A stretch of DNA of 64,000 nucleotides from Vicinamibacterales bacterium (GTDB taxonomy: Bacteria > Acidobacteriota > Vicinamibacteria > Vicinamibacterales > JAKQTR01): positions 147,758-211,757 of the forward strand of contig JALOKU010000001.1 of assembly GCA_025456345.1 (NCBI GenBank). The letters are read 5' to 3'. Positions 55,544 to 64,000 of this stretch are shown piece by piece; positions within the stretch are counted from its first letter, which is position 1; each line of letters begins with the position of its first letter. Position numbers and translations under genes: made by a program. The notes below the pieces were generated by a model. It made no database searches and had not been told where the DNA came from. It saw only the letters and a program-made list of their open reading frames with translations.

Positions 55544-57685
55544 ATGGGCCAGCTGATGCCAAACGAGGCGAACGCCGCGCGGTCACCCAACGAGGCGAGA
55601 GTCCTGGACTTCGCCCGCGCGTTCCGTTCGGCGGCGCGTGCCGTCGGCTTCTACCCGCCGACGCATCAGGCCGTGGTTGCGGCGCTCGACCAGGTGGCTG
55701 CGGCCGCGCGTGGCGCGACATCAGGCGGGCCGGTCTGCCTCACGATCCTGCCGCAGGCGTTTCTGGCCGGCGGCGTCCCCATCGATACGTCCGAGACCGT
55801 CGTGGCCGATTTCGCCGCGCTGTGCCATCGTCACGGCGTCGGGGCCGTCAACCTCGACGGCCGGGCGACACCGGAGGCATGGCAGGCCTTCTTCATGCTG
55901 CTGGCGCGCAGGCCTGAGGAGGTGCGCGGCGCGGGCGGGATCCAGCGCCAGTGGCAGGCCCTCCGGCACACGAGCCCGGCGATCCTCGAGATCGACTTCG
56001 GCGCGCTCCTGCGGGGAAAGGTCGGGGGCGACTATCTGGAGCTGGCCGCCGTCATCAGCCATTACCTGGAAACGGCCGGCGTCGGCGGATCGATTCTGGA
56101 CGATCCCTGCGCCGCGCTCCGCCGGGCCATCGACAACGCCCCCGACGAGCCCCAGGCGATTGCCGCGGTCCTGCGGGAGTTGCGCGCGGCAGCTCAGCTG
56201 ACCTGGACGCAGCCCGAGCAGTTCAACGACGTGTTCCGCCGGGCGGCGGCGGTGGGTGAGTTCCTCACCGAAGGGCTGATGGCCGGACTCCTGGAACGCC
56301 GCGGCACGCCCGACGCCACCGTCGGCACCCTCGACGTGGTGCGCGCGCTTGTCGAGCGCATGCCGGATGCCACCGTCTCGACGTTCCTCTCGAAAGCCCT
56401 GGGCGAGGCGGGTACCGCGCCTGCCCGGCTCGTCGAGATGTTCCGGTCGCTCGTGCCGAGCCCCGACCGGCGGCGGCTGATCGTCAGCGAGGCCCAGGAC
56501 GTCACGCTGGAGAGCAATGTGGTTGAGCAGTGGGCCGAGTTCGAGCGCGATCTCGAGGCCCACGTCGACCGCCGCTTCATCTCGGATCAGTACGGCAACG
56601 AGCTGCACGAGGCGCAGGACCGCGGTGTCGGTGCCGCGCTGGCCGCCGACGATCCCCCGGAACGGCTGGCGGCCTGGGTCGCCAGCATCAGCGACGAGGC
56701 CGTACGGGAACTCGATCTCCGGCTGCTCGGCGATCTCGTCCACAGCGAGACCGATGCCGGGAGGCTTCGGAAGGTCCTGGACATCCTGCAGGCGCACGTC
56801 CTCGAGGCGGCCGCCGCGGGCGAGTGGGGCGATGTGGCGCGGACGCTCGCCGCGATCCAGTCCGCCGGGACGCCGTCGGGCGATCGCACCCGGCAGGTGC
56901 TGGCCGCGGAGACGCTGCAGAAGCTCGGCGCTTCGCCGGCTGCGGAGTCGGCGCTGGCGGTGCTTCCCGGCGCTGCACCGGCCGACGCTGACCTGCTCGT
57001 CGCGGTCCTGGCGGCCATCGGCGCGCCGCTGATGCCGGCCGTGGCGCGGCGCTGGGCGGCCGAGCGCCAGCCGCCGGCCCGAGCCCGCCTCGAGAGCGCC
57101 GTCGCCGCCGCCGGCAAGGCGGGCCGCGACGGGCTCAGGCGCCTGCTGGCGTCGGACGCCGAGCCGGGCGAGACTCGCGTGGCGGCGATTCGCCTTCTCG
57201 AGCTCACGCCGGGCATCGAGCATCTGCCCGCGCTCGAGGCCGCCCTGTCCGACGCCCACGAGGGCGTCCGCGCCGAGGCCTTCAAGGCCCTGTCAGCTTC
57301 GGGCGCCGAGCGCGCCCCCGAGATCCTGGCCCGCGGCATTGCCCGCGCGGATGCCGCCGCGCAGATGTCGCTGCTCACCCGGCTGACGGCCCAGGGCGGT
57401 CGCGGTCTTCCCGTGGTCCTGCGCCTTGTCCCGCAGGTCGATCCGCAGACAGCGCCGCTGCCTGTCTGCCTCTCCCTCATCGAGGTGCTCGAGCGGGCCG
57501 GCGGCCCGCAGGCCGAGGTGCTGCTGGCGGGCCTGGCCGGCCGGACGCACTGGCGCACGCCGCGCCGGACCTGGCGGATCCGCTCGGCCGCGAACGCGGC
57601 GCTCCGCGCGGTCCGGCGCGGCGGCGGCGAGGCCGCGGGCCGCGAAACCGTGCCGCCGCCGGCAGACTCCTCCGGAGGCGATTGA
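55544..57685 (+). CDS. hypothetical large protein: HD-GYP-associated N-terminal module plus C-terminal HEAT-like repeats
   Basis: 713 aa. The N-terminus (…FRSAARAVGFYPPTHQAV…GVGAVNLDGRATPEAWQAFF…) parallels the N-terminus of the downstream HD-GYP protein. The C-terminal third has HEAT/PBS-lyase-like repeats (ALSDAHEGVRAEAFKALSASG). The stop overlaps the next start (TGATG). Confidence 0.7.
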   Translation: MGQLMPNEANAARSPNEARVLDFARAFRSAARAVGFYPPTHQAVVAALDQVAAAARGATSGGPVCLTILPQAFLAGGVPIDTSETVVADFAALCHRHGVGAVNLDGRATPEAWQAFFMLLARRPEEVRGAGGIQRQWQALRHTSPAILEIDFGALLRGKVGGDYLELAAVISHYLETAGVGGSILDDPCAALRRAIDNAPDEPQAIAAVLRELRAAAQLTWTQPEQFNDVFRRAAAVGEFLTEGLMAGLLERRGTPDATVGTLDVVRALVERMPDATVSTFLSKALGEAGTAPARLVEMFRSLVPSPDRRRLIVSEAQDVTLESNVVEQWAEFERDLEAHVDRRFISDQYGNELHEAQDRGVGAALAADDPPERLAAWVASISDEAVRELDLRLLGDLVHSETDAGRLRKVLDILQAHVLEAAAAGEWGDVARTLAAIQSAGTPSGDRTRQVLAAETLQKLGASPAAESALAVLPGAAPADADLLVAVLAAIGAPLMPAVARRWAAERQPPARARLESAVAAAGKAGRDGLRRLLASDAEPGETRVAAIRLLELTPGIEHLPALEAALSDAHEGVRAEAFKALSASGAERAPEILARGIARADAAAQMSLLTRLTAQGGRGLPVVLRLVPQVDPQTAPLPVCLSLIEVLERAGGPQAEVLLAGLAGRTHWRTPRRTWRIRSAANAALRAVRRGGGEAAGRETVPPPADSSGGD

Positions 57686-59082
57686 TGACGGACCGCGGCC
57701 AGCGGATGCAGATCTACGCCGACATCGTGCAGCGCCTGAGCGGGGCGCTGCGCGCGGCGAGCCTCTACTCGATCGCGCACCCGAGCGTGGGCGAGCACGT
57801 CCGGGCGCTGCTCGAGGCCGTGCAGCGGCTCCACCGCCTGGAGGCGTCCGTGCTCGTCGGCTTCATCGGCGGCGAGGTGATTGCCGACGACACGCCGCTG
57901 CTCGCGGTCACGGCATACCGCACCGAGCTCATTCGCTACATGCAGGCGCTCGGCATCAACCGGGTCTTGTTCGATCGCGGCGTCACGCTGGAGGAGCTGA
58001 CGGAGTTCGTGCGCGCCGTCTCGCAGCCCTCCCCGACCGCCCTGCGCGCGGCCGAGGACGAGCAGGGCCAGCCGGCGGATGTCGACTTCATCAGGCTCGC
58101 GCACGTGCGCGCCGGCCGCATCCCCGTCGACACCTCCGAGGGGAAGTGGGGCTCGAGCGCCGTCACGCTGAGGCAGGTCTACAGCGGATCGGTCGAGGCC
58201 GCGCGCATGGTCTGGGAGAGCACGCGGGTCGACGGGAGGCCCGACGCGCCAGCCGCGCACGAGGCCGTCGAACAGCTCGCGGAGGCGGTCGACTCGTCGC
58301 GCGCGACGATGATCGGCCTCACCGGCATGAAGGCGCACGACGAATACACGTTCACCCACATGGTGAACGTGTCGATCCTGGTGATGGCGCAGGCCCGGAC
58401 GCTCGGCATCGAGGGCCAGGCCCTGCGCACGCTTGGCCTTGCCGCCATGCTGCACGACATCGGCAAAGTGCGCACGCCGCTCGACGTGCTCAACAAGCCC
58501 GGCGCCCTCACGCCGGAGGAGCGCACCATCATGCGGCGCCACCCGGTCGACGGCGCCGCGATTCTCCGCGCCTCGCCCGACATCCCGCGGATGGCGCCGG
58601 TCGTCGCGTTCGAGCACCACCTCCGCGTCGACGGCACCGGGTATCCGGCCGGCGTCGCGCGGACGCCGATCAACCTCGGCACCGCGCTGTGCGCCATTGC
58701 CGACGCGTACGACGCGATGCGCTCGACGCGCGTGTATCAGCCCGCGACGCCCGCCGACCGGATCATGGAATTCATGGTCAACAACACCGGGCAGCAGTAC
58801 GACCGCCACCTGGTCCGCCGGTTCACCCACTTGATGGGCGTCTACCCGCCGGCAACGCTGGTCCGCCTCTCGGACGGGTCGGTGGGCATCGTGGTGGAGG
58901 CGAGTGGGGCGGGCGCCCCCGTCATCAAGGTGATTCTCGGCCCCGACGGGGCCAGGCTGGATGTGCCGATCCTGAAGCGCCTCGATCAGGGCGGGGAGCC
59001 GGAGACCTGGCCCCGCGGGCTCGCCGTCGACGGGCCGCTCGACCCGGCGCAGTTCGATCTGGATCCGGCCGACTACCTCTGA
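57685..59082 (+). CDS. HD-GYP domain cyclic-di-GMP phosphodiesterase
   Basis: ATG 57685 (the track starts at TTG 57682), 5 nt after GGAGGCG. HDIGKV, RRHPVDGA and HHLRVDGTGYP motifs. Confidence 0.9.
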   Translation: MTDRGQRMQIYADIVQRLSGALRAASLYSIAHPSVGEHVRALLEAVQRLHRLEASVLVGFIGGEVIADDTPLLAVTAYRTELIRYMQALGINRVLFDRGVTLEELTEFVRAVSQPSPTALRAAEDEQGQPADVDFIRLAHVRAGRIPVDTSEGKWGSSAVTLRQVYSGSVEAARMVWESTRVDGRPDAPAAHEAVEQLAEAVDSSRATMIGLTGMKAHDEYTFTHMVNVSILVMAQARTLGIEGQALRTLGLAAMLHDIGKVRTPLDVLNKPGALTPEERTIMRRHPVDGAAILRASPDIPRMAPVVAFEHHLRVDGTGYPAGVARTPINLGTALCAIADAYDAMRSTRVYQPATPADRIMEFMVNNTGQQYDRHLVRRFTHLMGVYPPATLVRLSDGSVGIVVEASGAGAPVIKVILGPDGARLDVPILKRLDQGGEPETWPRGLAVDGPLDPAQFDLDPADYL

Positions 59083-59134
59083 ACCCGGCGACCGGTCGTG
59101 GCGGGCATAGGCCGGGCAACGCCCGTGTGCGCGG

Positions 59135-61891
59135 CTACTTCTTCGGCGGCTCCGGCGGTGCGTTGGGCGTCGCACTCATCCTTCCCAGGACGGCGCCGAG
59201 CTGCTTGATCTCCTCTCCGTACTGCGCCCAGTCGCCGCTGCGCTGCGCCTCGATCGCGCGATCGAAGTGCTGGCGCGCGCGCGCCGCGAGGGTCTCGACG
59301 CTTTCGCCGCCGGTCAGGGGCGCGATGGGCAGCCCGATCGCGCCAGCCGTCTGGACCTCGGCGTCGGGCGGACGGATGATGGCCCCCTTGCTGAAGATCT
59401 TGGCGATCGCGGCGTCGAGGGTGTTGTCCATCACGATCTGGTTCTGGTAGGCGACGATGACGCGCTTCAGCTCCGGGATCCGCCCGCCCGCCGCGCGCAG
59501 GTAGAGCGGCCGCACGTAGAGCAGCGACTCCCCGATGGGAATCACCAGCAGCGTGCCCTGGATCACCTCCGACCCCTGCTGGTTCCACAGCGTGATCTGG
59601 GGCGAGATGGCCTGGTCCTGGTTGATGCGCCCGACGATCTGCCGGGGGCCGAACACCACCTTCTGCTTCGGGAACTGGAACACGAGCATCTTCCCGTAGT
59701 GCTCGCCGTCGCTGCGCGCCACCATCCAGGCCGCGAGGTTGTCCTTGCCCCGCGGCGTGAAGGGCAGCATCTGCACGAACTCGGCGTCGCGCTCCTTCGG
59801 CAGGCGCATGATGGTGTAGTACGGGTCCATCGGCGCCGACGCCCGGCCGCTCTCGATCGAGGGCACCTCCCACTGGTCCTCCTTGTTGTAGAAGACCGCG
59901 GGGTTGGTCATGTGGTAGGTCGCGTACATCGAGCTCTGGACCCGGAAAATCCCCTCCGGGTAGCGGATGTGCGCCCGCAACGGCGCGGGCATCTCCGCCA
60001 GCGGCTTCAACAGGCCGGGGAAGGCCTTCCCGATCGTCACAGCAATCGGGTCCGACGCGTCCGCCAGATAGAACGTCGTGGTCCCGTGGTAGGCGTCGAT
60101 GACCACCTTCACCGAGTTCCGGATGTAGTTGAACCCGCCCTCCGTGCGCGTCGAGTACGGGTACTGCGCGGTCAGGGTGTACGCGTCCTGGATCCAGAAG
60201 AGCCGGCCGTCCGCGATGACGAGGTACGGGTCGCGGTCGTAGGACAGGAACGGCGCAATCGTGGCCACGCGGCCGGCAATCCGGCGGTTGAAGATCACCC
60301 GGCTTTCGGCGCTCAGGTCCTCGCTCAGCAGCACCTTGAACGACCGGAACCGGCTCGCGAACATCAGCCGGCGCACGACCGAGCCGAGCGGGACGCCGCC
60401 GCGCCCGTCGTAGCTTCGGAACACGTTGTCGTCGCCGCGCGGGTAGTGGAACTCGCGCGCGTTGGTGCCGACAAACACGTGGTCGTTCGAGAGTTCGCCG
60501 AAGTAGATTGACGGCTCCGTCACCTCCAGATCGACCGACGACTCGGGAGGCAGGTTCTTGATGAACAGCACCGGCAGGCCCTCCTCGGTCACCTCGTTGA
60601 CCGGGCCGAGGGTGAGGCCGTGGCCGTGCGTGAACGTGAGGTGCTCGTTGATCCACGACCTGGACGGCAGGCTCTCCGAGTTCAGCTCCCGGGCCGAGAG
60701 CATCACCTGGCGGTACTGGCCATTGATGACGTAGCGGTCGACGTCCACCGACACGAAGTCGTAGTACGTGCGGATCTCCTGGATCTGCCCGAAGGTATCG
60801 AGCAGCGGCTGCTGGTCCCAGAGCCGGACGTTGCCGATCGTGGCGGCGTTGGCCTCGATGTCCGCCTTCGAGAGCAGCGCATCGCCCGACAGCTCGCGCT
60901 CCTCGACGTTGTTCAGGGCATAGGCCTTGCGCGTGGCCGCGATGTTGTGCGCGATGTACGGCGCCTCCTTCACCTGTTCGTTCGGCGTGACGACCAGGCG
61001 CTGGAACGCCGTGACGAAGATGAGGCCCCCGGCCCAGGTCGCGCCGTAGAGCAGGAACCCGCCGAGCGCCAGCCACCGCCGGCGCGTGAACGCCTGTGTG
61101 GCCGCCATCACGGCGCCGACCGCCGCGGCAACGCCAAGCAGGCGGAGCGCCGGCAGCTGCGCGGTGACGTCGGCGTAGGTCGCGCCCTGGATGATGCCGG
61201 CCGGAGACACCAGGAGGTTGAATCCGTCGATCCAGGTCCCGGCGGCCAGCAGCAGCAGGACCGCCGCCGCCAGGAGCGAGAGGTGGCGGCGCGCCACGCG
61301 GAGCGCGGCGAAGGGCCCGCCGGAGGACGGCCCGGCTGCGCGCCCCGGCAGCAGGTAGATGAGCGCCGAGCCGGCCAGGGCGAGCACCAGGAGGCCGAGC
61401 AGGACGTCGCGCACGAAGCCGAGCCACGGCAACTGGAACACGTAGAAACCCACGTCCCGGCCGAAGACCGGGTCGCGATCGCCAAAGCTGGTCGCGTTAC
61501 GGAACTGCAGCCAGTCCATCCAGCGGCTCGACGCCAGCACGCCGGCCGCTGCGGCCGCGAGCACCGAGGCAAGGGTGACCAGGTGCGACACGCCCCGGCG
61601 CTGGAGCACGAGGGGCGTGCCGTCGGCCGGCGAGAGGCCCAGGACGAGGTAGGGCTCTTCGAAGTGGCGCAGCGCCAGGCGGAAGTTCGCGAACAGGACC
61701 ATGAACGCCACGAGCGCGACGGCCGCCCCGAGTCCGAGCCGGGTCAGGAGGCTGGTCAGGAAGACCTGCTGGTAGCCCGTCTCGCCGAACCACAGCCAGT
61801 CCGTGTAGTAGCCGGCGATTGACGGCCAGACGAACCCGATCGCCACCACGAGCCCGACGATTGCGAGCTGAATCCGGCTTTCACGCCTCAT
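59135..61891 (-). CDS. UPF0182 family large membrane protein
   Basis: Start MRRESRIQLAIVGLVVA. YYTDWLWFGETGYQQVF signature. ~7 N-terminal TM helices and a large C-terminal domain (918 aa). Confidence 0.85.
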   Translation of the reverse strand: MRRESRIQLAIVGLVVAIGFVWPSIAGYYTDWLWFGETGYQQVFLTSLLTRLGLGAAVALVAFMVLFANFRLALRHFEEPYLVLGLSPADGTPLVLQRRGVSHLVTLASVLAAAAAGVLASSRWMDWLQFRNATSFGDRDPVFGRDVGFYVFQLPWLGFVRDVLLGLLVLALAGSALIYLLPGRAAGPSSGGPFAALRVARRHLSLLAAAVLLLLAAGTWIDGFNLLVSPAGIIQGATYADVTAQLPALRLLGVAAAVGAVMAATQAFTRRRWLALGGFLLYGATWAGGLIFVTAFQRLVVTPNEQVKEAPYIAHNIAATRKAYALNNVEERELSGDALLSKADIEANAATIGNVRLWDQQPLLDTFGQIQEIRTYYDFVSVDVDRYVINGQYRQVMLSARELNSESLPSRSWINEHLTFTHGHGLTLGPVNEVTEEGLPVLFIKNLPPESSVDLEVTEPSIYFGELSNDHVFVGTNAREFHYPRGDDNVFRSYDGRGGVPLGSVVRRLMFASRFRSFKVLLSEDLSAESRVIFNRRIAGRVATIAPFLSYDRDPYLVIADGRLFWIQDAYTLTAQYPYSTRTEGGFNYIRNSVKVVIDAYHGTTTFYLADASDPIAVTIGKAFPGLLKPLAEMPAPLRAHIRYPEGIFRVQSSMYATYHMTNPAVFYNKEDQWEVPSIESGRASAPMDPYYTIMRLPKERDAEFVQMLPFTPRGKDNLAAWMVARSDGEHYGKMLVFQFPKQKVVFGPRQIVGRINQDQAISPQITLWNQQGSEVIQGTLLVIPIGESLLYVRPLYLRAAGGRIPELKRVIVAYQNQIVMDNTLDAAIAKIFSKGAIIRPPDAEVQTAGAIGLPIAPLTGGESVETLAARARQHFDRAIEAQRSGDWAQYGEEIKQLGAVLGRMSATPNAPPEPPKK

Positions 61892-62017
61892 GGGATGCGC
61901 CTCCACTGGAACGCCAGACTTCATATCGTACCGCAGATTTCCGGGCCGCGCACATCCCCGGCCTGGGGTATCATGCGCCGCACGTGCCGCACGCGCCGGC
62001 TGCGAGGAGACATCCAG

Positions 62018-63586
62018 ATGGAAGCCACCGCCCACGAGAAGTTCCCGAACGTCTTCTGGAGCGCCAACGTCACGGAGCTGTTCGAGCGCGCCGCCTACTA
62101 CTCGATGGCGAGCTTCGTCGTGATCTACCTCGGCCAGCTCGGATTCGGCGCCTACTGGCCGTCGAACCTGAACGGCATCCTCTGGACGCTGGTCTACTTC
62201 CTGCCGATTCTCTCGGGGACGATCGCCGACCAGGTCGGCTTCCGCCGCTCCCTGCTCGTGGCGTTCGTGCTGCTGGCCGCCGGGTACGCCCTCATGGGCT
62301 ACCCGGTCTGGTTCGGCGGGGCCGAGCTCGCCCCTGTGGTCGGCGAGGCGTTCACGGCGCCGCCGCTCGTGGTGGCCGCCGTGGTGACCGGGATCCTCCT
62401 GGTCGGGGCCGGGGGGTCGGTCATCAAGCCGTGCGTGTCGGGGACCGTGCAGAAGACCGCGGGCGCGCGCGCCACGCTGGGCTTCGCCATCTTCTACATG
62501 GTGATCAACATCGGATCCCTCTTCGGCCGCGGCACCGGCTACGTGGTCAGGCGGGGCTACGGCACGCTGACGATTCTCGAGGTCGTGGCGGTGTGCGCCA
62601 TCGCGGCGGCCGCGCTGGTCTACCTCGTCAACAAGGCCACGGAAGCGAAGGAGCAGGGCCGGGGCGCCCGCATGACGATTCCGTTCCTCGCCGTCATCGT
62701 GACGGCGGTCGCGATCATCGGGAGCATTGTCGGCGGCGCCGAGCGTGTGGAGACCGGCGACAGCCTCTCCTACATCTTCGCGGTGGCGGCGTGCGCGTCG
62801 ATCGCGGCGTTCTTCGTCGTGCTGTTCTTCTATCGGGAGCCGCCCGCGCGGGCCAACGCGCCGGCGAAGCCGCGGCGGTCGATCGGGCGCATCCTGCTCG
62901 ACATGGTGCTCGTCCTGCGCAACGGGCGCTTCACGCTGTTCCTGGTCCTGATGAGCGGGTTCTTCTTCGTCTACAACCAGGTCTACAACGTGCTGCCGCT
63001 GTATGCGAAGCGGGTGATCGAGCCCAGCCCGGCGATGGACCTCTACACGGCGGCCAACCCGTTCGTCATCGTCTGCCTCCAGCTGGCCATCACCCAGTAC
63101 TTCGGCAGGATGAAGGCGATCCGCTCGATCGTCGTCGGCACGGTGATCATCGGCGTGTCGATGCTCATCAACGTCTATCCGATCTACGCGGCGGGCGGCA
63201 TGCGGGCCATCACGGCCAACTGGCTGCCGCTCGGGTCCGTGTTCCTGATCCTGACGGTGGCGCTCATCGCGTTCGGCGAGCTGTTCACCTCGGCGCGGAT
63301 GTACGAGTACATCGGCTCGCTCGCGCCGAAGGGGCAGGAGGGGCTGTTCCTCGGCTACGCCAACCTGCCGCTGGCCCTCGGCTCGCTGGCCGGGGGGCCG
63401 GCCGGCGCGTTCATCTTCAACGACATCATGGCGAGCGGCGCAACCACGCGGCCCGACGGGCTGCTCGAACTGGTGCCGGCGCAGGCCGCCCTCGGCTGGA
63501 GCGTGTTGATGGGCGTCGGGTTCCTGTCCGCGCTCGCGATGTGGCTGTTCAACCGGTGGCTCGAGCGCCAGCCGGCCGCGCGCTGA
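62018..63586 (+). CDS. POT/PTR2 family proton-dependent oligopeptide transporter (MFS)
   Basis: GAGGAGA SD. ELFERAAYYSM matches the ExxERFxYY POT motif. Multi-TM. Confidence 0.85.
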   Translation: MEATAHEKFPNVFWSANVTELFERAAYYSMASFVVIYLGQLGFGAYWPSNLNGILWTLVYFLPILSGTIADQVGFRRSLLVAFVLLAAGYALMGYPVWFGGAELAPVVGEAFTAPPLVVAAVVTGILLVGAGGSVIKPCVSGTVQKTAGARATLGFAIFYMVINIGSLFGRGTGYVVRRGYGTLTILEVVAVCAIAAAALVYLVNKATEAKEQGRGARMTIPFLAVIVTAVAIIGSIVGGAERVETGDSLSYIFAVAACASIAAFFVVLFFYREPPARANAPAKPRRSIGRILLDMVLVLRNGRFTLFLVLMSGFFFVYNQVYNVLPLYAKRVIEPSPAMDLYTAANPFVIVCLQLAITQYFGRMKAIRSIVVGTVIIGVSMLINVYPIYAAGGMRAITANWLPLGSVFLILTVALIAFGELFTSARMYEYIGSLAPKGQEGLFLGYANLPLALGSLAGGPAGAFIFNDIMASGATTRPDGLLELVPAQAALGWSVLMGVGFLSALAMWLFNRWLERQPAAR

Positions 63587-63624
63587 CGCGGCGGCGCCTG
63601 GCCGCCTGTGCGCGGGAGGTTCTC

Positions 63625-64000
63625 ATGCAACCCTGGCATCGAGTCATGGCCGCGGCGATCGCCGCGATGGGCGTCGCCGCGGCGGCGTCGGCACAGGAGG
63701 CGACGGGGGCGAAACCCGCATCGCTCGGGGTGCAGGCGAACATCGTATTCCTCTACTACAAGGACGTGCCGGCCGCCCAGCGCTTCTACGAAGACGTCAT
63801 CGGCCTCACGCTCGCGGTGGATCAGGGCTTCTCGAAGATCTACCAGGTGTCGCCGACCTCGTTCATCGGGCTGGTGGACGAGTCGCAGGGGCTGCATCGC
63901 GCGTCGGAGGCCAAGGCCGTCACCGTGTCGTTCGTCACGGAGCAGATCGACGAGTGGTACGCGTACCTCCAGTCGAAGGGCGTGACGCTGCGCGGGCCGA
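63625..64000 (+). CDS. VOC (glyoxalase/bleomycin-resistance) family protein, secreted; 3' end outside window
   Basis: Not in the ORF track because there is no stop in the window. ATG after GGGAGG. Signal-like MQPWHRVMAAAIAAMGVAAAASAQ, then NIVFLYYKDVPAAQRFYEDVIGLTL. Open to the window end. Confidence 0.6.
   Translation, partial: MQPWHRVMAAAIAAMGVAAAASAQEATGAKPASLGVQANIVFLYYKDVPAAQRFYEDVIGLTLAVDQGFSKIYQVSPTSFIGLVDESQGLHRASEAKAVTVSFVTEQIDEWYAYLQSKGVTLRGP

Overview
High-GC (by eye about two-thirds or more G+C), densely coding bacterial chromosomal segment. The gene content suggests an Acidobacteriota-like soil bacterium, but this is inference only: TIGR03436-type VWFA protein, ~1000-aa BNR/sortilin-like secreted protein, CarboxypepD_reg protein, DUF5916/CBM9 outer-membrane protein, and several MacB- and RND-type efflux sets. 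I call about 54 CDS, one intact tRNA-Pro(UGG) and one integrase pseudogene. Most of the window is housekeeping or envelope genes: truA, galK, kbl, a probable PPi-type pfk, L-serine dehydratase, TrpB2, formiminotransferase-cyclodeaminase, a fatty-acid desaturase, a MacAB-like ABC exporter and a TolC-MFP-RND operon. Six things stand out. (1) A ~3.5 kb decayed integrative island sits at tRNA-Pro (33604-37106). It is bounded by a 50-nt duplicate of the tRNA 3' half whose only mismatch is the anticodon wobble base. It carries a RhuM-family gene, a 3' integrase remnant, a more AT-rich cargo patch and a 5'-truncated wHTH-like gene. (2) A four-gene envelope cluster (50490-53798) reads like a Braun-lipoprotein-type OM-peptidoglycan tether module: an Ala/Lys-rich DUF4398-type lipoprotein ending in KKR, a YafK/DpaA-like enzyme, a classical YkuD L,D-transpeptidase and a catalytically degenerate LDT-like lipoprotein. 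(3) A dispersed family of intergenic G-tract/CTAG octamer repeats (GGGGCTAG-like) forms a long palindrome and has G-quadruplex potential. (4) Two GC-rich tandem repeats (59 nt and 56 nt) lie in 5' intergenic regions. (5) A translationally coupled pair, a HEAT-repeat protein and an HD-GYP phosphodiesterase, shares a paralogous N-terminal module. (6) A periplasmic thiol-redox neighbourhood contains a cysteine-less redoxin-like protein. I saw no rRNA, CRISPR array or IS transposase. The many long antisense ORFs in the track are GC-driven artefacts.
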